A DNA stretch of 48,643 nucleotides from Methylovirgula sp. (GCA_050728495.1 JBOHJJ010000056.1:1-48643); one strand, 5' to 3'; shown: positions 37,639 through 47,900, counted from the first letter of the stretch. Numbers and translations are program-made. The notes: generated from the letters alone by a model not told the origin.

Positions 37639-39075
37639 TTGGTGACCCCTTCGCTTTCCATTCCTGCGCAGATCCAGCTGGCGCGCGCGGCGCTCGTTTT
37701 TTTGACGCTCGCCCTTCTGTCGGCCGGTGCGCAAGCTGCCGAGCGCGCCGTTCCGCAGTCGCGCGCCGAAGTCACGCTTTCCTTTGCGCCGGTGGTGAAG
37801 AAGGCGGCTCCGGCGGTGGTCAACGTCTATGCTTCGCGCACCGACCGGACGCCGCGCAACCCGCTGTTTGACGATCCGATCTTCCGGCACTTCTTCGGCG
37901 ACAGCCCGGAGCTGCGGCCGGGTGGCCCCACCGCTCAGTCGCTCGGCTCGGGCGTACTCGTCGATTCGAGCGGGCTCGTCGTCACCAATTACCATGTCAT
38001 CCAAGGGATGACCGACGTGAAAGTGGCGCTTTCCGATCGCCGCGAATTCGAAGCCGATATCGTACTACGCGATCAGCGCACCGATCTCGCCGTACTGCGC
38101 CTCAAGGGCGGCGGCGGTCCGTTTCCGTATATGGAGTTCGACGATTCGGATGCGCTTGAGGTCGGCGACATCGTGTTAGCGATTGGCGACCCCTTCGGAG
38201 TCGGCGAGACGGTTACGCAAGGCATCGTCTCGGCGCTCGCCCGCACCGAAGAAGGAATCTCCAATTACGGCTTCTTCATCCAGACCGACGCGGCGATCAA
38301 TCCCGGCAATTCCGGCGGCGCGCTCGTCGACATGGAGGGACGGCTTGTCGGCATCAATTCGGCCATCGTGTCGCAGACAGGCAGTTCGGTGGGGATCGGC
38401 TTCGCGATCCCTTCCAACATGGTGAAAATCATTGTCGCGACGGCGAAGAGCGGCGGCAAAGAGGTGAAACGTCCCTGGCTCGGCGCCGGCCTACAAAGCG
38501 TCACCAAAGAGATCGCCGATTCGCTCGGGCTCGATCGGCCGGTTGGCGTGCTCGTCACCGACGTCACGCCCAAGAGCCCGGCCGCGGAGGCGGGCCTGCA
38601 ACACGGCGATCTCATCACCGGCATCGACCAGCAGCCGGTGGTGGACGTCGAGGCGTTCAGCTATCGGTTCGCGACCAAGCCGCTCGGCTCGGACGCTTCG
38701 TTGTCGGTGCTCCGCAACGGCAAGCCGTTGATATTGACGGTGAAGCTCGTCACCGCTCCCGAACTGCCGCGCGATCCGATCAAGATCCGAGGCGATTCGC
38801 CCTTCGCGGGGGCGACCGTCATCAACATTTCGCCGGCCGTGGCTGAAGAATATTCGCTCGACTCGGCAAAAGAGGGTGTCGTCATCAGCGATATCGATGA
38901 CGATTCACGCGCTGCGGTGCTCAGCCTGCAGAAGGGAGACGTGATTCTCGCCGTCAACGATACCAAGATCCTGACGACGCGCGATCTCGAAAGGGTAACG
39001 AGCGTTCAGCACGATTTTTGGAAGATCAGCATCAGCCGCGGCGATCAGATCATCACGACGGTAGTCGGCGGCTGA
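37639..39075 (+). CDS. DegQ/HtrA family periplasmic serine endoprotease (two PDZ domains)
   Basis: Signal peptide, SLGSGV, VTNYHVI, TDLAVL, IQTDAAINPGNSGGAL. Confidence 0.95.
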   Translation: MVTPSLSIPAQIQLARAALVFLTLALLSAGAQAAERAVPQSRAEVTLSFAPVVKKAAPAVVNVYASRTDRTPRNPLFDDPIFRHFFGDSPELRPGGPTAQSLGSGVLVDSSGLVVTNYHVIQGMTDVKVALSDRREFEADIVLRDQRTDLAVLRLKGGGGPFPYMEFDDSDALEVGDIVLAIGDPFGVGETVTQGIVSALARTEEGISNYGFFIQTDAAINPGNSGGALVDMEGRLVGINSAIVSQTGSSVGIGFAIPSNMVKIIVATAKSGGKEVKRPWLGAGLQSVTKEIADSLGLDRPVGVLVTDVTPKSPAAEAGLQHGDLITGIDQQPVVDVEAFSYRFATKPLGSDASLSVLRNGKPLILTVKLVTAPELPRDPIKIRGDSPFAGATVINISPAVAEEYSLDSAKEGVVISDIDDDSRAAVLSLQKGDVILAVNDTKILTTRDLERVTSVQHDFWKISISRGDQIITTVVGG

Positions 39076-39746
39076 CCGGCGGTCTGCGGCGGCTCACAAG
39101 GATCGGCGCGCAGTTTATCGCGCGGCGCGCAGCGCGCCAGACGGCGTTGCAGCGAGGCCCAAAGCTGACGCATTTCGTCGCCCGCCTTGCCGTCGATCTC
39201 GGTCACGCCTAGTCCTTCGCGCGTCGCCTCCTGGTAATCGACGCGGGCGCCGATGAAAGGACGCAGCAATCCGCCCATCGCCTCGAGCGCGGCGGAGCCG
39301 TCGCTGACGCGCTGGCTTTCCCGCATCGCCGGACATTGGGTGAGAACGAAACTATATTCCTTGCCCAGAGTTTTGAGCTTGCCGCGCGTCGCTTCGCTCG
39401 ACCAGATGTCGAAGATCGTCGGCCTGGCCGGAATAATGCAGAGATCGGCGGCGCGCATCGCCGCCTCGGCGGCAGGCGAGTCGGTTGCCGGCGTGTCGAT
39501 GAGCACGAGCGTCACGCGGCGGTCGGAAAGCGCGGCGAGGGCGCTGCCGAGTTTCTCCGCTGCAACCGATTCGACCGGCAGATCTTTGTCGTGCCGGCGG
39601 TAGCCCCACTTGGTCAGCGATTTCTGCGGATCCATGTCGATGAGAAAGACGCGTTCGCCGGCCTCGCGCGCCGCGACCGCGAGACATGCGGTCAGCGTGC
39701 TTTTGCCGGATCCGCCTTTCTGGTTGACCAATGCGACGACATGCAT
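39045..39746 (-). CDS. orphan ParA-family ATPase
   Basis: Deviant Walker A KGGSGKST, LIDMDPQ, LIDTP; RBS GGAG; no N-terminal HTH. Confidence 0.9.
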   Translation of the reverse strand: MHVVALVNQKGGSGKSTLTACLAVAAREAGERVFLIDMDPQKSLTKWGYRRHDKDLPVESVAAEKLGSALAALSDRRVTLVLIDTPATDSPAAEAAMRAADLCIIPARPTIFDIWSSEATRGKLKTLGKEYSFVLTQCPAMRESQRVSDGSAALEAMGGLLRPFIGARVDYQEATREGLGVTEIDGKAGDEMRQLWASLQRRLARCAPRDKLRADPCEPPQTAGQPPTTVVMI

Positions 39747-39791
39747 GCGCTAACTCCCGGTGGAACCCCACCAAGGGATTCTCACCGAAAG

Positions 39792-39807
39792 GTTAACCGA
39801 TTGATAA
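39792..39807 (-). promoter_or_regulatory. candidate CtrA binding site upstream of the parA-like gene
   Basis: Minus strand TTAT-CAATCGG-TTAAC versus consensus TTAA-N7-TTAAC (one mismatch). Confidence 0.5.
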
Positions 39808-39905
39808 ATGCTCCGCATTTGGCATCAAGCAGGGCCGGGAGGTTATTCACCGGGAACCATGGTTTGGCCCTTCATTTCTAGGGTTTCCGAGCCCAGATTG
39901 AAGCA

Positions 39906-41219
39906 ATGTCGGATCTTTTCGCAGCTGCCCGGCTTGAGGACCAGGCACCGCATCCGCTTGCCGATCGGCTGCGGCCGCAGCGTCTCGACGAGGTTGCGGG
40001 CCAGGACCATCTGCTCGGGCCCGACGGCGCGCTGACGCGGCTCCTGCGCGCTGGCGGTGCATTGGGAAGCCTCATCTTCTGGGGACCGCCCGGCACGGGC
40101 AAAACCACGGTCGCGCGGCTGCTGGCGCGCGAAACGAACCTCGCATTCATCCAGATCTCGGCGATTTTTTCCGGCATCGCCGAGCTCAAAAAGGTTTTCG
40201 AGGAGGCGCGCAAACGCCGCGCGACCGGGCAGGGCACGCTGCTCTTCGTCGATGAGATCCACCGTTTCAACCGTACCCAGCAGGACTCCTTCTTGCCGGT
40301 GATGGAGGATGGCACCATCACGCTCATCGGCGCGACCACCGAAAACCCGAGCTTCGAACTGAACGCCGCGCTTCTTTCCCGCGCCCGCGTGCTGATTTTC
40401 CGCCCGCTCGACACGGAAGCGCTCGAAAAACTGCTGGTGCGGGCGGAAGCGCTCGAAGGCAAACCGCTTCCGTTGACCGCGGAGGCACGCGCGGCCCTGC
40501 TGCGCATGGCGGACGGCGACGGCCGCGCCATTCTGGCGCTTGCTGAAGAGGTGTGGCGCGCGGCCGCCCCCGGCCAAGAGCTCGATACCGCCGCCCTGAC
40601 CGAAGCCGTGCAGCGCCGCGCCCCCATCTACGACAAGGCGCAGGAGGGCCATTACAACCTCATCAGCGCGCTGCATAAATCTGTGCGCGGCTCGGATCCC
40701 GACGCGGCGCTCTATTATCTGGCGCGGATGCTCGATGCCGGCGAGGCGCCGCTGTTCATCGCCCGGCGCATCGTGCGTATGGCGATCGAAGATATCGGCC
40801 TCGCCGATCCGCATGCGCTGGCCGTCGCCAATGCGGCGAAAGATGCCTACGATTTTCTGGGTTCGCCCGAAGGCGAATTGGCGCTCGCCAATGCCGTGAT
40901 CTATGTCGCAACCGCGCCGAAGTCGAATGCCGCCTATACCGCGTATAATGCAGCAATGCGGCTCGCCAAAGAGCACGGCTCGCTGATGCCGCCGAAGACC
41001 ATTCTCAACGCGCCGACGAAACTCATGAAGAGCGAAGGCTATGGGGCTGGGTACGACTACGACCATAACGCCCCCGACGCCTTTTCCGGCCAGGATTATT
41101 GGCCAGAGCAACTCGGCCGGCAGACGCTTTACGAGCCGGTCGACCGCGGCTTCGAACGCGAGATCAAGAAGCGGCTCGAATATTGGGCGAAGCTCAGGAA
41201 AGAGCGGGAGCAGAAATGA
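39906..41219 (+). CDS. rarA: replication-associated recombination protein A (RarA/MgsA)
   Basis: PLADRLRP, WGPPGTGKTT, FVDEIHRFN, GATTENPSF, ISALHKSVRGSD. Confidence 0.96.
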   Translation: MSDLFAAARLEDQAPHPLADRLRPQRLDEVAGQDHLLGPDGALTRLLRAGGALGSLIFWGPPGTGKTTVARLLARETNLAFIQISAIFSGIAELKKVFEEARKRRATGQGTLLFVDEIHRFNRTQQDSFLPVMEDGTITLIGATTENPSFELNAALLSRARVLIFRPLDTEALEKLLVRAEALEGKPLPLTAEARAALLRMADGDGRAILALAEEVWRAAAPGQELDTAALTEAVQRRAPIYDKAQEGHYNLISALHKSVRGSDPDAALYYLARMLDAGEAPLFIARRIVRMAIEDIGLADPHALAVANAAKDAYDFLGSPEGELALANAVIYVATAPKSNAAYTAYNAAMRLAKEHGSLMPPKTILNAPTKLMKSEGYGAGYDYDHNAPDAFSGQDYWPEQLGRQTLYEPVDRGFEREIKKRLEYWAKLRKEREQK

Positions 41220-41240
41220 CAACGGTTTGTCTGATGACGA

Positions 41241-41323
41241 CGTCATTGCGAGAAGCATGGGCTTCGAAGCAATTCAATCCGACCCGACATATTTAGATGG
41301 CTTCGTTTCGTTCGCGATAAACG
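41241..41323. repeat. degenerate copy of the GTCATTGCGAG...CTCGCAATGAC palindromic repeat
   Basis: CGTCATTGCGAG...CGAAGCAAT...ATGGCTTCG...TTCGCGATAAACG aligns by eye with the copy at 43288. Confidence 0.6.
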
Positions 41324-41347
41324 TCTGCTAAAGCGAGGTTGTTGCCG

Positions 41348-41644
41348 ATGAGAGAATGGATGGTTCGAGGATACGACGGCTTAGAAACAATCTACGAGCG
41401 GCGACTACCTGCAAAAGACTTGTCTGAGAGCAAAGCGGTGATGATGCTGCAAAGGCTCGCGGCGAGAGACCTGTCACATGATGAGGTCGTTGGCTCTTCT
41501 TTGAAACGAGACTCTGGAGAATATAGGTGTCATTTGGAGATTGACCGAGATAAGCGCCAAGGTCACCCGCTTATTTTGACAACAACTGGAACAGGCGTCC
41601 ACTACACTGCAATGTTAGAGGAATATGATGCCATGCGGCCCTAA
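41348..41644 (+). CDS. hypothetical protein (low GC)
   Basis: Open frame 41339..41644; ATG at 41348 after GAGG; no family recognised. Confidence 0.6.
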   Translation: MREWMVRGYDGLETIYERRLPAKDLSESKAVMMLQRLAARDLSHDEVVGSSLKRDSGEYRCHLEIDRDKRQGHPLILTTTGTGVHYTAMLEEYDAMRP

Positions 41645-41691
41645 GAGCGACAAGCGTCCCGCCGACGTCATCCGCCATAAGATTGCGTAAC

Positions 41692-42183
41692 GTGGGTCTC
41701 TTATTTAAGAAACGCGTCCGCGCTGATTTGGCTGGCTGGAATTTAACGGCCGCGTTGATTGATCCAGACGACTGCTGGCATGATATCTGTCTGCTCCGCA
41801 GCTACGATGTTCCAGATCCAATTGCTACCTGTGAAATGGCGTTCGCACGCACTGCGATTGTAAGAGACGCAATCAAAGCCACCCAGTCAGGTGAAGTTGC
41901 CACCCTCATGTTGGCTGCCGCTCATCGGCTTATCAAGGAGCGATTTTCAACGGAAGACACACCAGAAACCTTCGAATATTATTCAAGCCAGCGACTTGCC
42001 GATATTGGTCCAAAAATCATCCAGCTATATGAGAAGAGCGCCTTTCCATTGACATTGCTTGCTGACTTGTTTGCTTCGCGCCTGGGAGTGCCAGGTGTAG
42101 CGGCTGTTGAGATCTGCCCAATGTTTGTGAAAGTGGGGGATGCAGCTCGAAAGTCTATGAAGCGCGTGAGGATCGTTCCGTAA
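41692..42183 (+). CDS. hypothetical protein (low GC)
   Basis: Open frame 41683..42183 in AT-richer DNA; GTG start at 41692 inferred (MGLLFKKR); no family recognised. Confidence 0.6.
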   Translation: MGLLFKKRVRADLAGWNLTAALIDPDDCWHDICLLRSYDVPDPIATCEMAFARTAIVRDAIKATQSGEVATLMLAAAHRLIKERFSTEDTPETFEYYSSQRLADIGPKIIQLYEKSAFPLTLLADLFASRLGVPGVAAVEICPMFVKVGDAARKSMKRVRIVP

Positions 42184-42254
42184 GAAAAACGTATAAAATT
42201 TCAAATGAGACACTACACGACAGAGAGAATGATCCTGCCCCTTGTTTCGACGAT

Positions 42255-43280
42255 ATGAATACCCAGACCCTGACAGTCACCGAAGACGAAGCCGGCATGC
42301 GGCTAGATCGCTGGTTCAAACGGCGCCTGCCGACCCTCCCGCTAGCGCATCTGAACAAGATCGTACGGACCGGCCAAGTGCGAGTCGATGGCGCGCGCGC
42401 CACCACGGCGACGCGGCTTGCCGCCGGGCAGAAGATCCGCGTGCCGCCGGTGAAGATCGCGCCGCCGCCACCGAAGCCCGTCGTCTCGGAAGAAGACCGC
42501 CGCGCGCTCCGCACCATGATTCTCTACGAGGATGACGATCTCTTCGTCTTGAACAAGCCGCACGGGCTCGCGGTGCAGGGCGGATCGGGCACGACGCGGC
42601 ATATCGACGGTATGCTCGCTTCGCTCGCTGACGCGCGCGGCGAACGGCCGGTGCTCGTGCATCGCCTCGACCGCGACACGGCGGGAGTTCTGCTCGTCGC
42701 CAAGTCACGCCGCATCGCCGCCGAGCTCGGCGAAATCTTCCGCGCGCGCCAGGCGCAGAAGATCTATTGGGCGCTGGTCGAGGGCGTGCCGAAACCGGCG
42801 CAAGGGCGTATTTCGCTGTTCCTCGCCAAAGGCGAGGGCATGGAGCACGCAGCGCGCCGGCCGGGAACGGGCCGCGGCAGCCTCGAGAAGATGCGGATTG
42901 CCCAACACGGCGACGAGAATGCGCGCCATTCCGTCACCTATTACGCCGTGGTGGACAAAGTGCCGGGCAAGCTCGCTTGGCTCTCGATGAAGCCGATCAC
43001 CGGGCGCACGCATCAACTGCGCGCCCATGCCGAGGCGATCGGCCATCCGATCGTCGGCGATCCGAAATATGCCGGCAAAGAGGGGGACCGGCAGGCGCCG
43101 CAAATCCCTGCCGGCATGGAGCGCAAGCTGCATTTGCTGGCGCGGCGGATCGTCCTGCCGCATCCCCGCGGCGGCAGGCTCGACGTCACCGCGCCGCTGC
43201 CGCCGCACATGAAGAAGAGCTTCGAGATGTTCGGCTTCGACGTGAAGCGCGCCGATCCGATCGAGCAAGCGCCGGAATAA
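42255..43280 (+). CDS. RluA-family pseudouridine synthase with an S4 domain (RluC-like)
   Basis: GMRLDRW, LNKPHGLAVQGG, catalytic HRLDRDT, TGRTHQLR, HPIVGDPKY. Confidence 0.95.
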   Translation: MNTQTLTVTEDEAGMRLDRWFKRRLPTLPLAHLNKIVRTGQVRVDGARATTATRLAAGQKIRVPPVKIAPPPPKPVVSEEDRRALRTMILYEDDDLFVLNKPHGLAVQGGSGTTRHIDGMLASLADARGERPVLVHRLDRDTAGVLLVAKSRRIAAELGEIFRARQAQKIYWALVEGVPKPAQGRISLFLAKGEGMEHAARRPGTGRGSLEKMRIAQHGDENARHSVTYYAVVDKVPGKLAWLSMKPITGRTHQLRAHAEAIGHPIVGDPKYAGKEGDRQAPQIPAGMERKLHLLARRIVLPHPRGGRLDVTAPLPPHMKKSFEMFGFDVKRADPIEQAPE

Positions 43281-43287
43281 GGGCACC

Positions 43288-43358
43288 GTCATTGCGAGGA
43301 GCACAGCGACGACGCAATCCGCAGAGTACCTGGATTGCTTCGCTTGGCTCGCAATGAC
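43288..43358. repeat. palindromic repeat between the convergent rluA-family gene and ppc; may act as a terminator
   Basis: Perfect 11-bp terminal inverted repeat GTCATTGCGAG/CTCGCAATGAC with an inner GCAATCC/GGATTGC stem. Confidence 0.75.
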
Positions 43359-43360
43359 AC

Positions 43361-46135
43361 CTAGCCGCTGTTCCGCAATCCCGCCGAAATGCCGTTGATG
43401 GTGATCTGCACGGCGCGCAGGATCGACTCGTCCTCGCTGTCGGCGGCGCGGTGCAATTTGAGCAGTTCGACCTGCACATGGTTGAGCGGATCGAGATAGG
43501 GCACGCGCATCCGCAGCGAACGGTCGAGCGCGAGATTGTCCTGCAGCAACTCGGTCTGTTTGGTGACGGCCAGCAGCGCGGCGATCGAATCCGTCCATTC
43601 GGCGCGAATGGCCCCGAAGATCTTGTCGCGCACGGCTTTGTCCGGCACGAGTTCGGCGTAGCGCGAGGCGATGCCGATGTTGCTCTTTGCCAGCACCATT
43701 TCCATGTTGGAAAGCAACATGCGGAAGAAGCCCCATTCGCGATACATGTCGCGGAGGAATGCAAGGCCGCTCTCTCCATGTTCGGCCATCCAGGCCTTAT
43801 AGGCGGAGCCGAACCCGAACCAGCCTGGCAGCATGAGCCGGCATTGCGCCCACGAGAAAACCCAGGGAATGGCGCGCAGATGCTGGATCTTGCGCGTCTT
43901 GGTGCGCGATGCCGGCCGGCTGCCGATGTTGAGCGTGGCGATCTCGGTAATGACGGTCGAGGCCCAGAAGTAATTCTCGAACTCAGGCGTATCGTAAACG
44001 AGCGACCGATAGGCCTTGAACGCGTGTCCCGAGAGTTCTTCCATGATCGAGAGATATTCGGGGCGCGGCGCATGCTGCTCGGGCATCAGCAGCGAGGCTT
44101 CCAGCGTCGCCGCCACGAAGGTCTCGAGATTGCGCCGCCCGACCTCGGGGTTGGCGTATTTGCTCGAAATGATTTCGCCCTGCTCTGTGACGCGGATCTG
44201 CCCGACGACGGCGCCGCTCGGTTGCGCAAGGATCGCCTCATAGGCGGGGCCGCCGCCGCGCCCAACCGAGCCGCCACGCCCGTGGAACAGACGCAACTTG
44301 ACGCCATGACGCCGGAACGTTTCGATAAGTCCGATCTCGGCCTTGTAGAGTTCCCATCCCGAGGTGATGAAGCCGCCGTCCTTGTTGCTGTCCGAATAGC
44401 CGAGCATGATCTCCTGCACATCGCCGCGGCTGGCGACGAGGCGCCGATAGGCCGGCAGGGAAAAAGCCTGCTCCATCACCCCCGCGCATTGCCGTAAGTC
44501 GGCGATCGTCTCAAACAACGGCACGATGTTGATTTCGCTCTTGCCGTCAGCCGTGATGAGACCGACTTCTTTCAGGAGCACGGCGAGTTCGAGGAGATCG
44601 GAGACGGACTGCGACTGCGAGATGATGCTCGTGCGGATGACTTCGGCGCCCAAAGTGGCGCGCGCTTCGACGGCAGCGCGGAACATTGCGAGCTCCTTGC
44701 GCGTCTCATCCGAATAGGTCGCGAACGGCGAGGCAAGCGTACGCACCGTGTTGAGCTCTTTGATGAGAAGATCGACGCGCTCTTCGTCACTGCGCGAGGC
44801 GTAATTGGTTCCCGGCGCCGCCGTCTCGAAGAGCTCGGCGATGGTGCGCTCGTGGACGTCGGAATTCTGCCGCAGATCGACGGAGGCGAGGTGAAAGCCG
44901 AAGCAATCGGCGGCGCGCCTGAGTCCGCGCAACCTGCCGCGCGTCAGAAGATACGAGCCGTTCGTCCGCAGCGACTGATCGATGACGTAAAGGTCGCGCT
45001 TGAACTCGGCGACGTTGCGATAAGGGTGCATCGGCAGATGCCGCGACTTGATCGGATATTGCTCGTCGATCGCGCGTAGCGTGGCGGCGATCCGCCCGCG
45101 GATCGCGGCGATTGCGCGCCGGTAGGGCTCCGACATTCGGTGCGGCGACGCATCCGGAGAAGTGGCCGCGAGTTCGCGCAATTCGTCGGTGACGTCGACG
45201 ATCTCCGCGGTCATCGAGAACTCGCCGCTGAGTTTGGTCAGTTCGTCGAGATAATGCGAGATAATGCGCGTGCCCTGCATCCGCACGGTCTCACGCAAAA
45301 CCTCGGCATCGACATAGGGATTGCCGTCGCGGTCGCCGCCGATCCAACTGCCGAGCCGCAGGAACGAGGCGACGTGCGCCTCGGCCGTCGAGGGCGCATA
45401 AGCGCGCAACTGCTTCTCGATCTGCCGATAGAGCCGCGGCACTTCTTCGAGGAACGTGTAATCGTAGTAGGAGAGGCCGTTCAAGACCTCGTCGCGCACC
45501 GTAAGCTTGGTGCGCCGCAGCAGGCTGGTCTGCCAAAGGATGAGCACGGCGCGGCGGACCTTGTCTTCGATCTCGGCTTCTTCCTGCGGCGTCCACTGTT
45601 GGCGGTCGCGGCGTTCGAGCAGGTGCGCGATGGCCAACTCGCGCATCATCGTGCTCTTGCGCCGGACCTCGGTCGGATGCGCGGTCAGGACCGGCGCCAT
45701 GAAGGCGCTATCGAAGAACTCGCAGAGTTTCTCGGGGCTGACGCCGGCCTCGCGACAGCGCGCCAGGGCGCAGCCGAGGGTGCCTGGCGGGTCCGGAATG
45801 CCGGCGACCTCGTCGGCGCGCAGTTTGCGGATCTGGTGCTGATCCTCGGCGATGTTGCTCAAATGCGAAAAATAGCTGTAGGCGCGGACAATCTGCACCG
45901 ACTGCGTCGGCGTCAGCGATTCGAGGATCTCTTCGAGCCGATGGCGGGCGGTCTCGTCGCCGTCGCGGTGAAAACGCACCGAAGTCTGGCGGATCAATTC
46001 GACGAGGTCGAAAATCTCCTGACCTTCCTGCTCGCGGACCGTATCGCCGAGGAGGCGGCCGAGCAGGCGTATATCGTCCTTCAGCTGCCGGTCCGGCTCG
46101 GCGGCAAATTCCGTCCTGTCCGCTTCCTTGTTCAT
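43361..46135 (-). CDS. ppc: phosphoenolpyruvate carboxylase
   Basis: [47 protein letters not shown]-terminal LRNSG. Confidence 0.98.
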   Translation of the reverse strand: MNKEADRTEFAAEPDRQLKDDIRLLGRLLGDTVREQEGQEIFDLVELIRQTSVRFHRDGDETARHRLEEILESLTPTQSVQIVRAYSYFSHLSNIAEDQHQIRKLRADEVAGIPDPPGTLGCALARCREAGVSPEKLCEFFDSAFMAPVLTAHPTEVRRKSTMMRELAIAHLLERRDRQQWTPQEEAEIEDKVRRAVLILWQTSLLRRTKLTVRDEVLNGLSYYDYTFLEEVPRLYRQIEKQLRAYAPSTAEAHVASFLRLGSWIGGDRDGNPYVDAEVLRETVRMQGTRIISHYLDELTKLSGEFSMTAEIVDVTDELRELAATSPDASPHRMSEPYRRAIAAIRGRIAATLRAIDEQYPIKSRHLPMHPYRNVAEFKRDLYVIDQSLRTNGSYLLTRGRLRGLRRAADCFGFHLASVDLRQNSDVHERTIAELFETAAPGTNYASRSDEERVDLLIKELNTVRTLASPFATYSDETRKELAMFRAAVEARATLGAEVIRTSIISQSQSVSDLLELAVLLKEVGLITADGKSEINIVPLFETIADLRQCAGVMEQAFSLPAYRRLVASRGDVQEIMLGYSDSNKDGGFITSGWELYKAEIGLIETFRRHGVKLRLFHGRGGSVGRGGGPAYEAILAQPSGAVVGQIRVTEQGEIISSKYANPEVGRRNLETFVAATLEASLLMPEQHAPRPEYLSIMEELSGHAFKAYRSLVYDTPEFENYFWASTVITEIATLNIGSRPASRTKTRKIQHLRAIPWVFSWAQCRLMLPGWFGFGSAYKAWMAEHGESGLAFLRDMYREWGFFRMLLSNMEMVLAKSNIGIASRYAELVPDKAVRDKIFGAIRAEWTDSIAALLAVTKQTELLQDNLALDRSLRMRVPYLDPLNHVQVELLKLHRAADSEDESILRAVQITINGISAGLRNSG

Positions 46136-46255
46136 CGCAAGTTCCTGCTATAGTTTCTATTCTATAGCCTTTGCTGCATCGGCGCGCGCGATCATTTTTG
46201 TGCAGGGCGTGACCCTGGCCGCGACGCGGGGCTCGATCGGCGCTATCTAGAAACC

Positions 46256-47023
46256 ATGCCGAACGATACGTCAAAAACCGCCGGCGTGGCAGAAGGGCGC
46301 GATCACACGGGGCGGCGCAAGCGCTTTTACGCCCAGGCTGGGGTTGGCGCCTATGACGGCGGTTTCGCTTTGCTGCTCGACGGGCGCGTGGCGCGAACGC
46401 CGGGCAAGGCGGCTTTTGTGCTGCCCACGGCGTCCGCCGCCGAGGCGATCGCCGGGGAATGGGCTTCACAAGGCGAAGAGATCGATTTTACCTCCATGCC
46501 GCTGACCCGCATCGCTGTGACGGCCATCGACACTGTTGCTGCCAAGATGCAAGCCGTCGTCGCCGAAATCGTCAGTTATGCCGAAACGGATCTCGTCTGC
46601 TATCGGGCAGACTTTCCGGCAAGCCTGATTCGCGCTGAGGCGGAAGCCTGGGACCCGATCTTGGCGTTCGCCGCGCAACGACTCGAAGCGCATTTCGTCG
46701 TCGCGGAGGGAATTGTCTTTAGCCCGCAGCCTGCCGCCGCGACAGCGGCGGTCCGGAAGAAGGTGGAAGACGTGGCGCGCGGGCCGGCCGCGGCCCTGGC
46801 GCTCGCCTGCCTTTCGGTGATGACCACGCTCACCGGCTCGGTACTGGTCGCGCTTGCGCTTGCCGGGCACGCTATCAGTCTCGAAGAAGCTTGGCGGGCG
46901 GCGCATGTGGAGGAGGATCACGAGATCCGGCTTTGGGGCGAGGATAAAGAGGCGATGGCGTGCCGCGCACGGCGTTTTGCGGAAATTGCCGCCGCCGAGC
47001 AGCTTTGGAGGCTCGTTACTTGA
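46256..47023 (+). CDS. ATP12 family ATPase assembly chaperone
   Basis: KRFY, LLDGR..RTP, IAGEW, SMPLTR, TDLVCYRA, TTLTGS, AHVEED..WGED. Confidence 0.92.
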   Translation: MPNDTSKTAGVAEGRDHTGRRKRFYAQAGVGAYDGGFALLLDGRVARTPGKAAFVLPTASAAEAIAGEWASQGEEIDFTSMPLTRIAVTAIDTVAAKMQAVVAEIVSYAETDLVCYRADFPASLIRAEAEAWDPILAFAAQRLEAHFVVAEGIVFSPQPAAATAAVRKKVEDVARGPAAALALACLSVMTTLTGSVLVALALAGHAISLEEAWRAAHVEEDHEIRLWGEDKEAMACRARRFAEIAAAEQLWRLVT

Positions 47024-47243
47024 GCCGATCGATCGGCGCGCCCCGGTGCGGCCGACGGCTTGGCCTTTGCGCATCGCATTCCCGTTACATTCTCCAAGCA
47101 ATTCCCGCGCCTTGCGCGGCACCGCTTGGAACGCGATCGAAACCGGGGGGCGGCCCAAAAACACCCGGAATTCGGTCCCGATCCTTGTGTTTGCTCCACG
47201 AGAAGCTTAGGTTTTGGGCAATCTTGAAACGTGGAGACCCGCT

Positions 47244-47468
47244 ATGGGTGGACTGTCGATCTGGCACCTGCTGATCCTTGCAGCGATCGTGCTCATCTTA
47301 TTTGGTGGCAGAGGCAAAATCTCGGACATCATGGGCGATGTCGCCAAAGGCATCAAATCCTTCAAGAAGGGTTTGGCCGACGACGACAAGCCAGCCGAGC
47401 CGCCGGCGATCGATCATCGCCCGGGCGCCGAGGCCAACAAGGTTTCAGACACGCAGAAGGTCGGCTAA
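47244..47468 (+). CDS. tatA: Sec-independent translocase subunit TatA
   Basis: MGGLSIWH...[29 protein letters not shown] at 47244 after GGAG. Confidence 0.96.
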   Translation: MGGLSIWHLLILAAIVLILFGGRGKISDIMGDVAKGIKSFKKGLADDDKPAEPPAIDHRPGAEANKVSDTQKVG

Positions 47469-47498
47469 GGCCGGCAGTGCCGGACCTGGCCCCATTGC

Positions 47499-47894
47499 AT
47501 GTTCGAATTCGACGCCGGCAAACTCATTATCATCGGTATCGTGGCGCTGATTGTGATCGGCCCGAAAGAATTGCCGCGCGTCATGCGGCAGGTCGGCCAC
47601 GTCGTCGCCAAATTGCGCCGGATGGGCACCGAATTCCAGGCGCAATTCATGGAAGCTATGCGTGAGGCCGACGCCGAGGAGATCACGGCGCAGGCGCGCG
47701 AGCTTGTGGAAAGCGCCAAAGTCGATCTCAATCCGCTGGCGCTCGTCAAAGCGGAATTGACCTCCGCGCTGGAACAGCCGGCGCGTGCGCCCGAAGCGGC
47801 GCCCAGCAGCACGGCGCCTTTGAACCACGCCGAGCCGCCGGTCGCGCCGTCCGAGCCAACCGTGCCGGCCGCCACCGCGGCGCGCCAGGCCTGA
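47499..47894 (+). CDS. tatB: Sec-independent translocase subunit TatB
   Basis: MFE...VALIVIGPKELP, followed by an amphipathic helix. Confidence 0.94.
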   Translation: MFEFDAGKLIIIGIVALIVIGPKELPRVMRQVGHVVAKLRRMGTEFQAQFMEAMREADAEEITAQARELVESAKVDLNPLALVKAELTSALEQPARAPEAAPSSTAPLNHAEPPVAPSEPTVPAATAARQA

Positions 47895-47900
47895 CGTGCC

